Positions 9,395 to 19,105 of a stretch of 64,000 nucleotides of DNA are shown here, piece after piece; within the stretch, counting starts at the first letter, position 1, and each line of letters starts with the position of its first letter. A model generated the notes under the pieces. It did not search any database. It was not told the origin of the DNA and worked only from the letters and a program-made list of their open reading frames with translations. The DNA comes from Saprospira grandis DSM 2844. GTDB lineage: Bacteria; Bacteroidota; Bacteroidia; Chitinophagales; Saprospiraceae. The stretch covers positions 996,988 to 1,060,987 of the forward strand of contig NZ_JH719942.1 of assembly GCF_000275825.1 (NCBI RefSeq), given 5' to 3'. The translations under genes were made by a program, and so were the position numbers.

Positions 9395-12300
9395 TTATTT
9401 CTGCAAAATAATGCGTTCGGTCAATACTTGCTCACCGATGATGATGCGGGCGAGATAAACGCCAGCGCTATAATCGGCTAGGTTAATTTGGTAATTGAGG
9501 TTTCGGCCCAATTGGCTGGGGAAGCGTTGAACTTCTTGGCCATTGAGGTTATAGATGGTCAATTGTACTTCCTTCTCATTGGCTAGTTCAATTTGAAGCT
9601 GAGCGACATTTTGAGTAGGATTGGGGAAGAGATTCAATTGATTGAGGCCTTCAACGCCATTGATATTAGTGGGTTGAGTATAAGCCACCGTGATTGTTTG
9701 GCTAGTAGAGCAACCTACTTGATCGTAGACAGAAACTTCATATTGGCCAGAAACGAGGTTATTGATACTAGCGGTAGTATCGCCGGTATTCCAAACGATA
9801 TAGTAAGGAGCAACACCGCCAGAGACAGAAACATCGATAGATCCAGCGAAGTCGCTGCTTTCGTTCACGATATTACCCAGATTGATGGTCAAAGCGGGGT
9901 TAGCGCTAATGGTATAGCTTTCGTTGTAGGTACAGCCAGAAGCGTCGGTTACCGTTACGCTATAAGTTTCGCCATCAAGGACATTGCTTAGAGCGGCAGT
10001 AGTTGCGCCATTGCTCCAGTTGTAGGTATAGGGAGCGGTACCGCCTTGAACGTTAAGTTGGAGGGTACCGGTATTGCCACAATCTACGCCATTAGCCATA
10101 AAGCTAAAGTTGATAGGGGCGGGACCATTGACGGGGTAAGTTTCGTTAAACTCACAGCCATTATCGTCGGTAATAGTTACGGTATAAGTTCCAACATCGA
10201 GTCCGGTGATATCTTCAGTGGTAGCGCCGGTGGTCCAATCGAAAGAGAAAGGAGCCGTACCGCCGGCCAAAGTAATATCAACAGCACCGTTGCCATCGCG
10301 TCCGCAGTTTAGCGTACTCAGCTGAGCGCTAACCGTGGGGCCAGTAAAGAAAGAAATCTGGATAGAGTCGGTCAGTGCGCAGCCATTAGCGTCAGTCATT
10401 GTGACGGCATATTGGCCCTCCATATTAGCGACAATACCGGGAGTAGTTTCTCCAGTGCTCCAGAGATAGCCTTGAGCGCCTGGGGCGGCAGCAAGGCCGA
10501 TGGGGTTACTTTCACAGATGGTCGCATCGGGGCCAAGGTCTAGGTTGGCTGTTGCCACCACAGTAGCGGTAACGGGGGTACGAGTTGTACCGCCAGCACA
10601 AGAAGTAATTTCTGCGTAGTAAGTAGTAGATACTTGGAGTGCAGGAGTAGTAAATACGGGATCGGTAGACAAGAGCGTACCGCCAGTAGCTTGGTCGTAC
10701 CAGCTAATTCCGCCAGCGGGCATAGAGGTCAAGCTAGCGCTATTTCCGACACAAGTAGTATCGCCCATGAACGTGGGGTTAGGATTAGCGATGCTCACAC
10801 AAACGTTAGCGGTATCATTGCTTGCGTTGCCATCGGCAGCAAGTTGAGTAATGATTTCGAAGCAGTAATTTCCGCCACCGGTTGTATTAAAGGTACCTAC
10901 AGTGAGGGTATCTTGAGCGGCAGAGGCTAGAGGGCCTGCATAAGTAGCGCTAAAGGTTTGCGTACCGTTGGGGCCGTTCAAGTTTACGGTTACAGGAACA
11001 TTGCTAATGCTATTGCTACCATTATTAGAGAGTGTAATCACCAACACTTCATTGGCATTTTCGCAGGTACCTACGCTAGGTGCGTCAACACCAACAGCTA
11101 CGGCATCATCGGTAAAGATAGTAATCTCATCGGCTCCGATATCGGGTAGTGTAGTACTCGCAGAGGGGCGAGTTTCGCCATCGATATCTGTAGCTACGCC
11201 TACAAGAGCGCCAGCGGCATTGAGTTGGATATTTTGAACGTGTAGGTCCGTGTAGTTAGCTACAAACTGAGGATCGATATCCAAAGAGTTAGCATCATAG
11301 CCATAGGGGCCCGAAGCCTGCCAGGTAGCCAAATCGTAGGTCGTTGTACCATAATCGATATGGTTAGTTCCACTCGCTTTATAGAATACGTTGTTATCCA
11401 TAGCGGTCAAAGGCAAAGCATCGGCAGATTCGAAAGCGTAGGCAGAAGCATTATCGGCCACAAAGATATTATTGCGAATATCTAAATCTGTGGGGTCATT
11501 CATATAGAGACCAGAAGCGGCAGTACTACCAGAGCCGACCAATGTATTGTGCCAGATATCTACAGATTGGATATCATCCATATAGAGAGCATCATCACTC
11601 TTAGAGAACACCATATTGTTAATAATCTGTCCACGGCGAGTAATAGCGCCATCAAAGTTTCCGTCAGAGATATAGATACCGTAATCTTCTGTCACCACAC
11701 GGTTGTAGTTGATTGTAAAGTCCATAATATCGAAGCAATAGATTGCATCACTGAAGCTAGAGCCCACAGTTGTTTCAATCGTATTGTAGTTAATCTCTAG
11801 AGAGTCTTGATCATCGACATAGATACCGTAGTCATCAAAGTCTACAATTGTATTATTGATGATTCGGTTATATTTATTGCGAGCAGCGCTAGCGCCTTCA
11901 AGGTGAATTCCTTTTTCGCCACCGGTGATATAGTTATTTTCGATGAGGGTATAATTAGCATTATTACCTTCAGTCAAGTCGTTTGTATAGCTCCCTGAGA
12001 TGACCACAGGAATCACATCAAATACAGAGGTTTGGAAAGTAGCTGAGATATAGTTATTCCGGATACTATTGTGATCTGCGCCATTGATTAGATGGACGCC
12101 CCAGCCGTCAGCGCCAGAAGCGGCAGTAGTAGCGATATTGAAGTTTTGTACCGTTACATAGTCTGCACCATCCAATAATACCGTAGCATATTGGCTATTA
12201 GAAGCGTCATGAGTAAGGAAAGTGGTTGCAGTGTCGCCACCATCAAAAGTGACAGTATTGCTCATGCTAGCACCAGAGATTTCTCCAACTAGGGCCAGTT

Positions 12301-15052
12301 GTTGTCCAGTATAAACGCCAGGAGCGACTTGGAAAGTAACGGCACCGGCCAGACCACATTGGTAAAGGCGATCTACAGCATCAGTAATGGCGGGGAAATC
12401 AGAAGTGGGTGTACCTACAGTATAAGTGCCCACTAGGCCTTGGCAAAGCTCGGCATAGAGCGTATCATTGCTCATACGGTCATCTGTTTGGCCGTTGGGC
12501 ATGCTGGTCCAGAAAACAAAGTCTACATTTTGGCCAGCGGGGAAGTTAATGCTACTTAGGGTAACATCTACTTCTTGTTGGGGAGCAAGAGGAGCTCCAG
12601 TGTAGCCAATTGTTCCTTGAGGCGTTCCGTTATAGGTCCAATCAATATTAAAAGTCGTTAAATCTTGTACACCAAAGTTACGTACGCGTACGGTTACGGC
12701 TTGGAAGCCAGGAGTTAGTGGAGAAACGGGATTGACCAAAGCGATCACACCGGCATCATTATCTTTGGGGCGGAACTCATCTGCTCCAATATCTACGGTA
12801 GTTGCGCCAGTAAATGGACGGCTTTCGCCATCGATATCTACAGTAACGCCAACAGTATTATCACCAGCATCATTAGCAAAAGCGCCGTCTACGTGTAGGT
12901 CCATAGGGCCAAAGAAAACGGGATCAGCTTCTACAGAGTTAGTACCATGGCCAAAAGTGTTACTATTTTGCCAAGTCACTACATCAACATAGTTAGAGGT
13001 ACCAAACTGGATAAAGTTAGTTCCGGGGTTGAAGCGGAAAAACAGGTTGTGGTCCATATCGGTTAGGGCCAAGGCATCCGCATGGCGGAAAGTATAGCCA
13101 AAGTCTGAGGTAAAGATATTGTTCACTGCAGAAACATCGATCAAGTCATTACCATAGAAAGATGCGCTAGTGGTGCTTGTATTTTTGTTCCAAGTGCTGT
13201 TATGGAAAACATCAGTTTCGTTCACATCATCTAGGTAAATACAATAGAACCCTTCAGCGATAGACATATTGTTGATCAGCTCTCCACGACGGCTAGGGGT
13301 CGCATCAAAGTTTCCATCAGAAATATAGATACCATAATCCTGAGCATGAACATTATTGCTATTGATACGGAAGTTCATCAAGTCAAAGCAATAAATAGCA
13401 TCAGAGAAGGTAGAGCGAAGGTCATTCACGGTGTTTCCGATGATCTCGACAGAATCTTGATCATCCATATAGAAACCATAATCATCTACGCCAGTGATTG
13501 TATTATTGATAAAGCGGTTGCCTACATTGCGGTTAGCGCTAGCGCCCTCAAAGCGGACGGCATAGTCTCCTCCTGTAATATAGTTACCTTGGATCAGGTT
13601 GTAGTTGGCATTGTCGCCTTCGCTAAAGGTGCTAGTATAACTAGCAGAAGCAAGAATAGCTACAGCATCAACGATACCTGACTGATAAGGCATTGTAATT
13701 TGGTTATTGAGGATTTGGTTATTATTGGCCGAGTTAGTCAATAATACTCCCCAAATATCGGTAGTTCCGGTACTTTGAATCCCTAGGTTTTGGATACGCA
13801 CCCATTCTACGCCATCTAGAGCCACAGTAGCATTACCATTGGCCCCAGAGCCATCATGCGTTACCATAGTATTAGCGGCATTTCCACCATCAAAGGTTAC
13901 CGTATTTACTGCAGAAGCCCCTGTAATAGGACCAACTAGGGCAATATTTTCAGTATAAGTACCTGCTTGAATATTAAGCGTAACTGGGCCACTGATTCCG
14001 CAGCTATACAAAGTAGCGACAGCATCTCCAATTGTAGCAAAATCTGCCGTTGCGCCTCCTACAGTATAAGCCCCGTTAAGGCTGGTACAGAAGAAAGCAG
14101 TTATGGTATCATTGCCCGTAAAGTTATCGGCATTACCGTTGGGCAAAGAGGTCCAAGCTTTGATTGTCGTCAAACCATTGACAAAGTTGTAGTTTCCTAG
14201 GTTCACAGTTACGCTAGCCTGAGGAGCCACCAATGTGCTATAATTTACCTGCGTTTGCATCACCCCATTCATTTCCCAGTCAATATTTACTGAGTTGAGG
14301 GCATTGGTGCCAAAGTTAGTTAGGGTCACATCTACGGCTTGGTTACCTGCTGTACCGGGTACAGTGGGCGCCACCAAGGCGCTAATTCCAGCATTATCGG
14401 GAACAGGAGGCGTACCTGTAATGCTAAAATCATCTAGGGTGAATCCATCAGAACCTGTGATACTCGTGGCTTGAAAGTTATCAGACCAGCCAAAACGCAC
14501 CTGAAAAGTACTACTGACCAACTGGCTATTAGCCGCTAGAGTAACATCGATATCGATCCCCGTTTCATTAAAATAAACACCATTGGTTGTGTTTCCAGAC
14601 CAATCTAGAACCTCAATCCAAGCATCGGTATTACTTCCACGGATCCAAACGCGGTCCTCTGGCTGCGACTCATCGCCATGGTCCATCCACCAAAAGCTAA
14701 GCTCTAGGTCATTAGAACCCAAATAAGCGCTAAGGTCTCCAGTAAAGGTCAAATAAGAAATACCCATAGTACCGCTCACTTCTGCATCTAGGGTCATGGC
14801 GCGGTTGCCACCATGATAAAAACCTGCTCCAGCATCAGTACGAAGGCGGCAGTTCGTGGTATTTTCTTCAAAGTCCCATTGGTAGCCTGTGCCGCTAAGT
14901 CCAGGAATAAGGTTGGTAGTGGCTACATAAGTGCCGGCTGTGGCCCCCTCAAAGTCCTCATTATAAGGAAGGGTTAGCTGGGCCTGCGCAGAGGTCCAAC
15001 TTGCCAAAAGCAGCGCTACACAATAGCCTAATTGTGTTAACGTTTTTCGCAT
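9395..15052 (-). CDS. Giant T9SS-secreted adhesin-like protein with three CARDB-like domains, two parallel beta-helix modules, three SprB repeats and a T9SS CTD
   Basis: Signal peptide. A ~545-aa module is tandemly duplicated (…GAYTVGGATADFATIGDAVATLYSCGISGPVTLNIQAGTYT… and …GTYTVGTPTSDFPAITDAVDRLYQCGLAGAVTFQVAPGVYT…) with beta-helix repeats (NNQILNNQIT, IINNTI…). SprB repeats CGRDGNGAVDITLAGGTAPFSFDWTTGATTEDITGLDVGTYTVTITDDNGC. C-terminus …LTIYNLNGQEVQ…ARIIIGEQVLTERIILQK. Confidence 0.85.
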   Translation of the reverse strand: MRKTLTQLGYCVALLLASWTSAQAQLTLPYNEDFEGATAGTYVATTNLIPGLSGTGYQWDFEENTTNCRLRTDAGAGFYHGGNRAMTLDAEVSGTMGISYLTFTGDLSAYLGSNDLELSFWWMDHGDESQPEDRVWIRGSNTDAWIEVLDWSGNTTNGVYFNETGIDIDVTLAANSQLVSSTFQVRFGWSDNFQATSITGSDGFTLDDFSITGTPPVPDNAGISALVAPTVPGTAGNQAVDVTLTNFGTNALNSVNIDWEMNGVMQTQVNYSTLVAPQASVTVNLGNYNFVNGLTTIKAWTSLPNGNADNFTGNDTITAFFCTSLNGAYTVGGATADFATIGDAVATLYSCGISGPVTLNIQAGTYTENIALVGPITGASAVNTVTFDGGNAANTMVTHDGSGANGNATVALDGVEWVRIQNLGIQSTGTTDIWGVLLTNSANNNQILNNQITMPYQSGIVDAVAILASASYTSTFSEGDNANYNLIQGNYITGGDYAVRFEGASANRNVGNRFINNTITGVDDYGFYMDDQDSVEIIGNTVNDLRSTFSDAIYCFDLMNFRINSNNVHAQDYGIYISDGNFDATPSRRGELINNMSIAEGFYCIYLDDVNETDVFHNSTWNKNTSTTSASFYGNDLIDVSAVNNIFTSDFGYTFRHADALALTDMDHNLFFRFNPGTNFIQFGTSNYVDVVTWQNSNTFGHGTNSVEADPVFFGPMDLHVDGAFANDAGDNTVGVTVDIDGESRPFTGATTVDIGADEFRPKDNDAGVIALVNPVSPLTPGFQAVTVRVRNFGVQDLTTFNIDWTYNGTPQGTIGYTGAPLAPQQEVDVTLSSINFPAGQNVDFVFWTSMPNGQTDDRMSNDTLYAELCQGLVGTYTVGTPTSDFPAITDAVDRLYQCGLAGAVTFQVAPGVYTGQQLALVGEISGASMSNTVTFDGGDTATTFLTHDASNSQYATVLLDGADYVTVQNFNIATTAASGADGWGVHLINGADHNSIRNNYISATFQTSVFDVIPVVISGSYTNDLTEGNNANYTLIENNYITGGEKGIHLEGASAARNKYNRIINNTIVDFDDYGIYVDDQDSLEINYNTIETTVGSSFSDAIYCFDIMDFTINYNRVVTEDYGIYISDGNFDGAITRRGQIINNMVFSKSDDALYMDDIQSVDIWHNTLVGSGSTAASGLYMNDPTDLDIRNNIFVADNASAYAFESADALPLTAMDNNVFYKASGTNHIDYGTTTYDLATWQASGPYGYDANSLDIDPQFVANYTDLHVQNIQLNAAGALVGVATDIDGETRPSASTTLPDIGADEITIFTDDAVAVGVDAPSVGTCENANEVLVITLSNNGSNSISNVPVTVNLNGPNGTQTFSATYAGPLASAAQDTLTVGTFNTTGGGNYCFEIITQLAADGNASNDTANVCVSIANPNPTFMGDTTCVGNSASLTSMPAGGISWYDQATGGTLLSTDPVFTTPALQVSTTYYAEITSCAGGTTRTPVTATVVATANLDLGPDATICESNPIGLAAAPGAQGYLWSTGETTPGIVANMEGQYAVTMTDANGCALTDSIQISFFTGPTVSAQLSTLNCGRDGNGAVDITLAGGTAPFSFDWTTGATTEDITGLDVGTYTVTITDDNGCEFNETYPVNGPAPINFSFMANGVDCGNTGTLQLNVQGGTAPYTYNWSNGATTAALSNVLDGETYSVTVTDASGCTYNESYTISANPALTINLGNIVNESSDFAGSIDVSVSGGVAPYYIVWNTGDTTASINNLVSGQYEVSVYDQVGCSTSQTITVAYTQPTNINGVEGLNQLNLFPNPTQNVAQLQIELANEKEVQLTIYNLNGQEVQRFPSQLGRNLNYQINLADYSAGVYLARIIIGEQVLTERIILQK

Positions 15053-15185
15053 CGTTTAAAATTAAATTTGATGAAGAGTTAATAAAATTGTGAAATCTTC
15101 CTAGGTAAAGTTAAGGATTTTTAAATGGAAAACAAACCCTCTTCCCTCCCCTATCTTCTCTCTAAAATTAGATCTGCAATTAGAG

Positions 15186-15325
15186 GAGCGTAGCGACTGG
15201 CTGAGGGATAGATAGCAGGGCCGCCAAAGGCGGCAGACCTAGCGGGCACAGCCCGCGCAGGGCCGAGCAAACCTGCGAGCTGCGACATAGCCCGACCCGA
15301 CCACAAGGGAGGGGCAGCCCCAAAA
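15186..15325. repeat. REP/MITE-like element (variant B, reverse orientation)
   Basis: gggccgagcaaacctgcgagctgcgacatagcccgacccgacc…ggggcagccccaaaaa. Lies in the divergent region between the adhesin and cry-DASH genes. Confidence 0.8.
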
Positions 15326-15435
15326 AACAACCCTAATCTTTCAGAAAAACCGACTTCCCACAAAAAAGCAATAAAAAACAAACCGAAAAGCTTAGATATT
15401 GTTAGCTTAACAACTACAATTTTAAACCTTATTAT

Positions 15436-16818
15436 ATGTCTGCTCTGCCCAAAAAAGCCAAAAGAGTTATTGCTTGGTTTCGCCTAGATTTGCGACTACA
15501 CGATAATGAAATGCTCACCGAAGCGATTAAGGCCAGTGAGGAGGTCTACCCTGTCTATGTCTTTGATGAGCGGACCTTTGGCGGCAAGACGGAGTCTGGC
15601 TTTGCCAAAACTGGCCCCAGAAGATGCCAGTTTATTATTGAGGCGGTGGCCGACCTCAAGCAACAACTACAAACCCTTGGCATCGACCTCATTATCCGAA
15701 GGGGAAAGGCCGAGGAAGAACTCTTTGAGTTGGCCCAAGAACTCAAAACGGGCTGGGTCTTTTGCAACCGAGAAAGAACCTATGAGGAAGAACTTCAGCA
15801 AAACCGCCTAGAAGAAAAGCTCTGGTCTATTGGCCAAGAAATTCGCTTTTTTAGAGGGAAAATGCTCTACTATACCCAAGACCTCCCCTTCCCTATTGCC
15901 CATACACCCGATATTTTTACGCAGTTTCGCAAGGAGGTGGAAAAACTAACGCCAATCCGCGCCCCCCTGCCCAAACCCCAGGCATTTCCCCCCTGGAGCC
16001 ACCGTTTGCCCCTAGGCGATTTGCCGCAATTGAGCGATTTTGGCTGGGAAATGCCCCCCCAAGACCCTCGGACCGTCCTGCAGTTTAAGGGCGGAGAAAC
16101 AGAAGGACTCAAACGCCTACAATATTATCTCTGGGAGTCGGATTGTATTGCCAGTTATAAGGAAACGAGAAATGGCCTGCTGGGCGCCGATTATTCCTCT
16201 AAGTTTTCGCCCTGGCTGGCCCAAGGCTGCCTTTCGCCCAAACAGATTTATGCCGAAATTAAACGCTACGAAAAAGAAAGAACAAAGAATAAATCGACTT
16301 ACTGGCTCTATTTTGAACTGCTCTGGCGCGACTTTTTCCGCCTGATGGGCAAAAAATATGGCTCGCAAATTTTCTTGCCCACTGGCCTGCGGGGCAAAAA
16401 GAAGAAAAAACTCTCTAATAATATGCAAGCCTTTGAAAGTTGGCTGCTGGGCAAAACCGGACAGCCCTTTATCGATGCCAATATGAGAGAACTGGCCCAA
16501 ACGGGCTTTATGTCGAACCGAGGCCGCCAAAATGTAGCCAGCTACCTCATTAACGACCTCAAAGTCAATTGGCAACTGGGCGCCGAATACTTTGAATCGA
16601 CCCTGATCGATTATGATGTAACCAGCAATTGGGTCAATTGGCTCTATATCGCTGGCCTAGGCAATGACCCCCGAGAAGATCGCTATTTTAACCCCATCAA
16701 CCAAAGTAAACGCTATGATCCCGATGGCGAATATATTAAGTTTTGGCTGCCCCAATTGCAGACCCTCAATAACCGAGAAATTCATGAGGTAGATAGCCGA
16801 AAAAAACATCAATCCTAA
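15436..16818 (+). CDS. Cryptochrome-DASH / photolyase family protein
   Basis: IAWFRLDLRLHDNEMLTEA N-terminal photolyase motif. FAD-binding region GFMSNRGRQNVASYLINDL…WLYIAGLGNDPREDRYFNPINQSKRYDPDGEYIKFWLP. Confidence 0.9.
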   Translation: MSALPKKAKRVIAWFRLDLRLHDNEMLTEAIKASEEVYPVYVFDERTFGGKTESGFAKTGPRRCQFIIEAVADLKQQLQTLGIDLIIRRGKAEEELFELAQELKTGWVFCNRERTYEEELQQNRLEEKLWSIGQEIRFFRGKMLYYTQDLPFPIAHTPDIFTQFRKEVEKLTPIRAPLPKPQAFPPWSHRLPLGDLPQLSDFGWEMPPQDPRTVLQFKGGETEGLKRLQYYLWESDCIASYKETRNGLLGADYSSKFSPWLAQGCLSPKQIYAEIKRYEKERTKNKSTYWLYFELLWRDFFRLMGKKYGSQIFLPTGLRGKKKKKLSNNMQAFESWLLGKTGQPFIDANMRELAQTGFMSNRGRQNVASYLINDLKVNWQLGAEYFESTLIDYDVTSNWVNWLYIAGLGNDPREDRYFNPINQSKRYDPDGEYIKFWLPQLQTLNNREIHEVDSRKKHQS

Positions 16819-16825
16819 TGAGTAG

Positions 16826-16856
16826 AGGTCCATTTTTTGGACCTTTTTTCTTTTTT
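16826..16856 (+). terminator. Rho-independent terminator candidate after cry-DASH
   Basis: aggtcc-attttt-tggacct stem followed by a T-rich run ttttttcttttttt. Confidence 0.45.
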
Positions 16857-17015
16857 GGGGCTGCCCCTCCGGCCCTACAGGCCTTCGGGTCGGGCTGTGC
16901 ACTAGCTCGCTATTCGCTCGGCCCTTCACTTTTTTCGCTGCGCTTCAAAAAGCTCGGTCTGGCCTTCGGCCACTAGTTTCCATCCCTCAGCCGAGGCGCT
17001 GCGCGCCTCTCGCCT
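16857..17015. repeat. REP/MITE-like element (variant B)
   Basis: ggggctgcccctccggccctacaggccttcgggtcgggctgtgcactagctcgc … ccatccctcagcc. Confidence 0.75.
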
Positions 17016-17212
17016 AAGCTTAGTCATTAAGAAGAATTTAAAAGCGAAAAATAGGCTTAAACTCCTTTCAAAACAATTTAATTTTAACCCAAGTTAGTAG
17101 AGCCTAAAAAATTGCCTATTTTAGGGCCCTTAAACACTAGAAAAATAAAGGTGGCCCAAACCACCCTATATAATTAACATCCAAACCCTTAAGGGGTCAA
17201 AAAATAATACAG

Positions 17213-18208
17213 ATGCAATCTTCGGCAGATATTCAAGCCCTGAACGAACGCATTTTTGCAGAAAGCCAAGTCATCGAGCGCCTACTGGCCGAAACCTCTA
17301 AGGTGATTATTGGCCAAGAATACATGATTGAACGCCTGCTAATGGGCCTACTCACCAAAGGACATGTGCTCTTGGAAGGCCTGCCCGGTTTGGCCAAAAC
17401 CCTAGCCATCAATACCCTCTCTAAGGCTATTGATGCAGAGTTTAAACGGATTCAATTTACGCCCGATTTGCTGCCCGCAGATATTTTAGGGACCATGATT
17501 TACAATCCCGCCAATAACAGCTTTTCGGTCCGTAAAGGGCCCATTTTTGCCAACTTTATCCTTGCCGATGAGATCAACCGCGCCCCCGCTAAGGTCCAAT
17601 CGGCCCTGCTAGAGGCCATGCAAGAGCGACAGGTCACTATTGGCGAAAAAACCTATAAATTGCAAGAGCCCTTTTTGGTCCTCGCTACCCAAAACCCCAT
17701 CGAGCAAGAAGGAACTTACCCCTTGCCCGAGGCCCAAACCGACCGCTTTATGCTCAAAGCCAAAATTGGCTACCCCAAAAAGAGCGAGGAACGCCAAATT
17801 ATCCGCCTGAATATGAGCGGAGAGTTTAGCCAGGTCCAAAAAGTAGCCAGTATAGAGGATATTTTGCGCGCCCGCAAAACGGTCCGAGAAGTGTATATGG
17901 ATGACCGCATCGAGCAGTATATTTTGGACCTTGTTTTTGCCAGCCGCTTCCCCAAAGAACACGGCCTAGCCCAACTAGAAGACCTCATTACTTATGGGGG
18001 CTCGCCTCGGGCAAGTATCAACTTGGCCCTAGCCGCCAAAGCCCATGCCTATATGCGCCGCAGAGGCTATGTGATTCCAGAAGATGTGCAGGCCATCGCC
18101 CCCGATGTGCTTCGACACCGTATTGGCCTAAGCTATGAGGCCCAAGCCGAAAATATTAGTCAAGAAGATATTATTGAGCAATTGCTCAATAACGTAAAGG
18201 TCCCCTAA
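17213..18208 (+). CDS. MoxR-family AAA+ ATPase
   Basis: GHVLLEGLPGLAKT Walker A. ADEINRAPAKVQSALLEAMQERQVTIG Walker B/sensor region typical of MoxR. First gene of the Bat-type operon. Confidence 0.9.
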   Translation: MQSSADIQALNERIFAESQVIERLLAETSKVIIGQEYMIERLLMGLLTKGHVLLEGLPGLAKTLAINTLSKAIDAEFKRIQFTPDLLPADILGTMIYNPANNSFSVRKGPIFANFILADEINRAPAKVQSALLEAMQERQVTIGEKTYKLQEPFLVLATQNPIEQEGTYPLPEAQTDRFMLKAKIGYPKKSEERQIIRLNMSGEFSQVQKVASIEDILRARKTVREVYMDDRIEQYILDLVFASRFPKEHGLAQLEDLITYGGSPRASINLALAAKAHAYMRRRGYVIPEDVQAIAPDVLRHRIGLSYEAQAENISQEDIIEQLLNNVKVP

Positions 18209-18210
18209 AG

Positions 18211-19089
18211 ATGAGCCAGCAAGTTCGAGATTTAATCAAGAAAGTGCGCAAAATCGACTTAAGGACCAGAGGCCTCTCTGCCATGGCCTTTTCGGGCAGT
18301 TACAAAACCCACTTTAAGGGTAGAGGAATGTCCTTTAGCGAGCTGCGCAGCTACCAATATGGAGATGATATCCGAAACATTGATTGGAATGTGACGGCCC
18401 GCACAGGTACGCCCTATATTAAGGTCTTTGAGGAAGAACGAGAGCAGAATTTTATGCTTTTGGTAGATGTGAGTGCCTCCACCAATTTTGGGAGCCACGA
18501 TATCAATAAACGAGAGTTTATGGCCGAGCTGGGCGCCACTTTGGCCCTAGCCGCTATCCGCAACAACGATAAGGTGGGCGTCATCTTTTTTTCGGATAAA
18601 ATTGAGCAGTATTTGCCGCCCAAAAAGGGGCGAAACCATGGTTTGCGGATTATTAGGGAGCTGCTCCAATGCCAGTCAGAAAGTCCGCATACAGACATAG
18701 ACCAAGCCCTGCGCTACCTCACCGGCCTGATTCGCAAGCGCTGCACCGCTTTTCTTTTATCCGATTTTTTGGACCCCAATTATGGCCGCTATCTCAAGGT
18801 GGCCGCTAGCCGCCACGATTTGGTCGGCCTACAGGTCTATGACCCCCGAGAGGTAGAATTGCCCAATTTGGGCCTTTTGCCTATCCGCGATGCCGAAACC
18901 GGCAGTTGGCGTTGGATAGACAGCGCTTCTGCTAGCGTTCGTCAGGCCTATAAAGCTCGTTTTGAGCAACAAACCGCCAGCTTTAAGGAGCAATTTGGAA
19001 AACTAGGGCTCGACTCCTTGAGTTTGTGCAGCGATCAGCCTTTTGTGGGCGCTTTGCGGCAGTTTTTCCAGGAACGTCCGGCCTTATAA
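18211..19089 (+). CDS. DUF58 domain protein (vWA-like MoxR partner)
   Basis: RGMSFSELRSYQYGDDIRNIDWNVTARTGTPYIKVFEEE is the DUF58 signature. Immediately follows moxR with a 2-bp gap. Confidence 0.85.
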   Translation: MSQQVRDLIKKVRKIDLRTRGLSAMAFSGSYKTHFKGRGMSFSELRSYQYGDDIRNIDWNVTARTGTPYIKVFEEEREQNFMLLVDVSASTNFGSHDINKREFMAELGATLALAAIRNNDKVGVIFFSDKIEQYLPPKKGRNHGLRIIRELLQCQSESPHTDIDQALRYLTGLIRKRCTAFLLSDFLDPNYGRYLKVAASRHDLVGLQVYDPREVELPNLGLLPIRDAETGSWRWIDSASASVRQAYKARFEQQTASFKEQFGKLGLDSLSLCSDQPFVGALRQFFQERPAL

Positions 19090-19105
19090 ATGATTAGAAA
19101 CTACC

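Noticed and set aside
9593-14200. Antisense ORFs of 60 to 130 aa inside the adhesin gene, and similar ones inside the S8 protease and other long genes
   Set aside because: These are shadow ORFs on the opposite strand of strongly supported long CDSs. Their composition follows the sense-strand codon bias, and they have no independent motifs.
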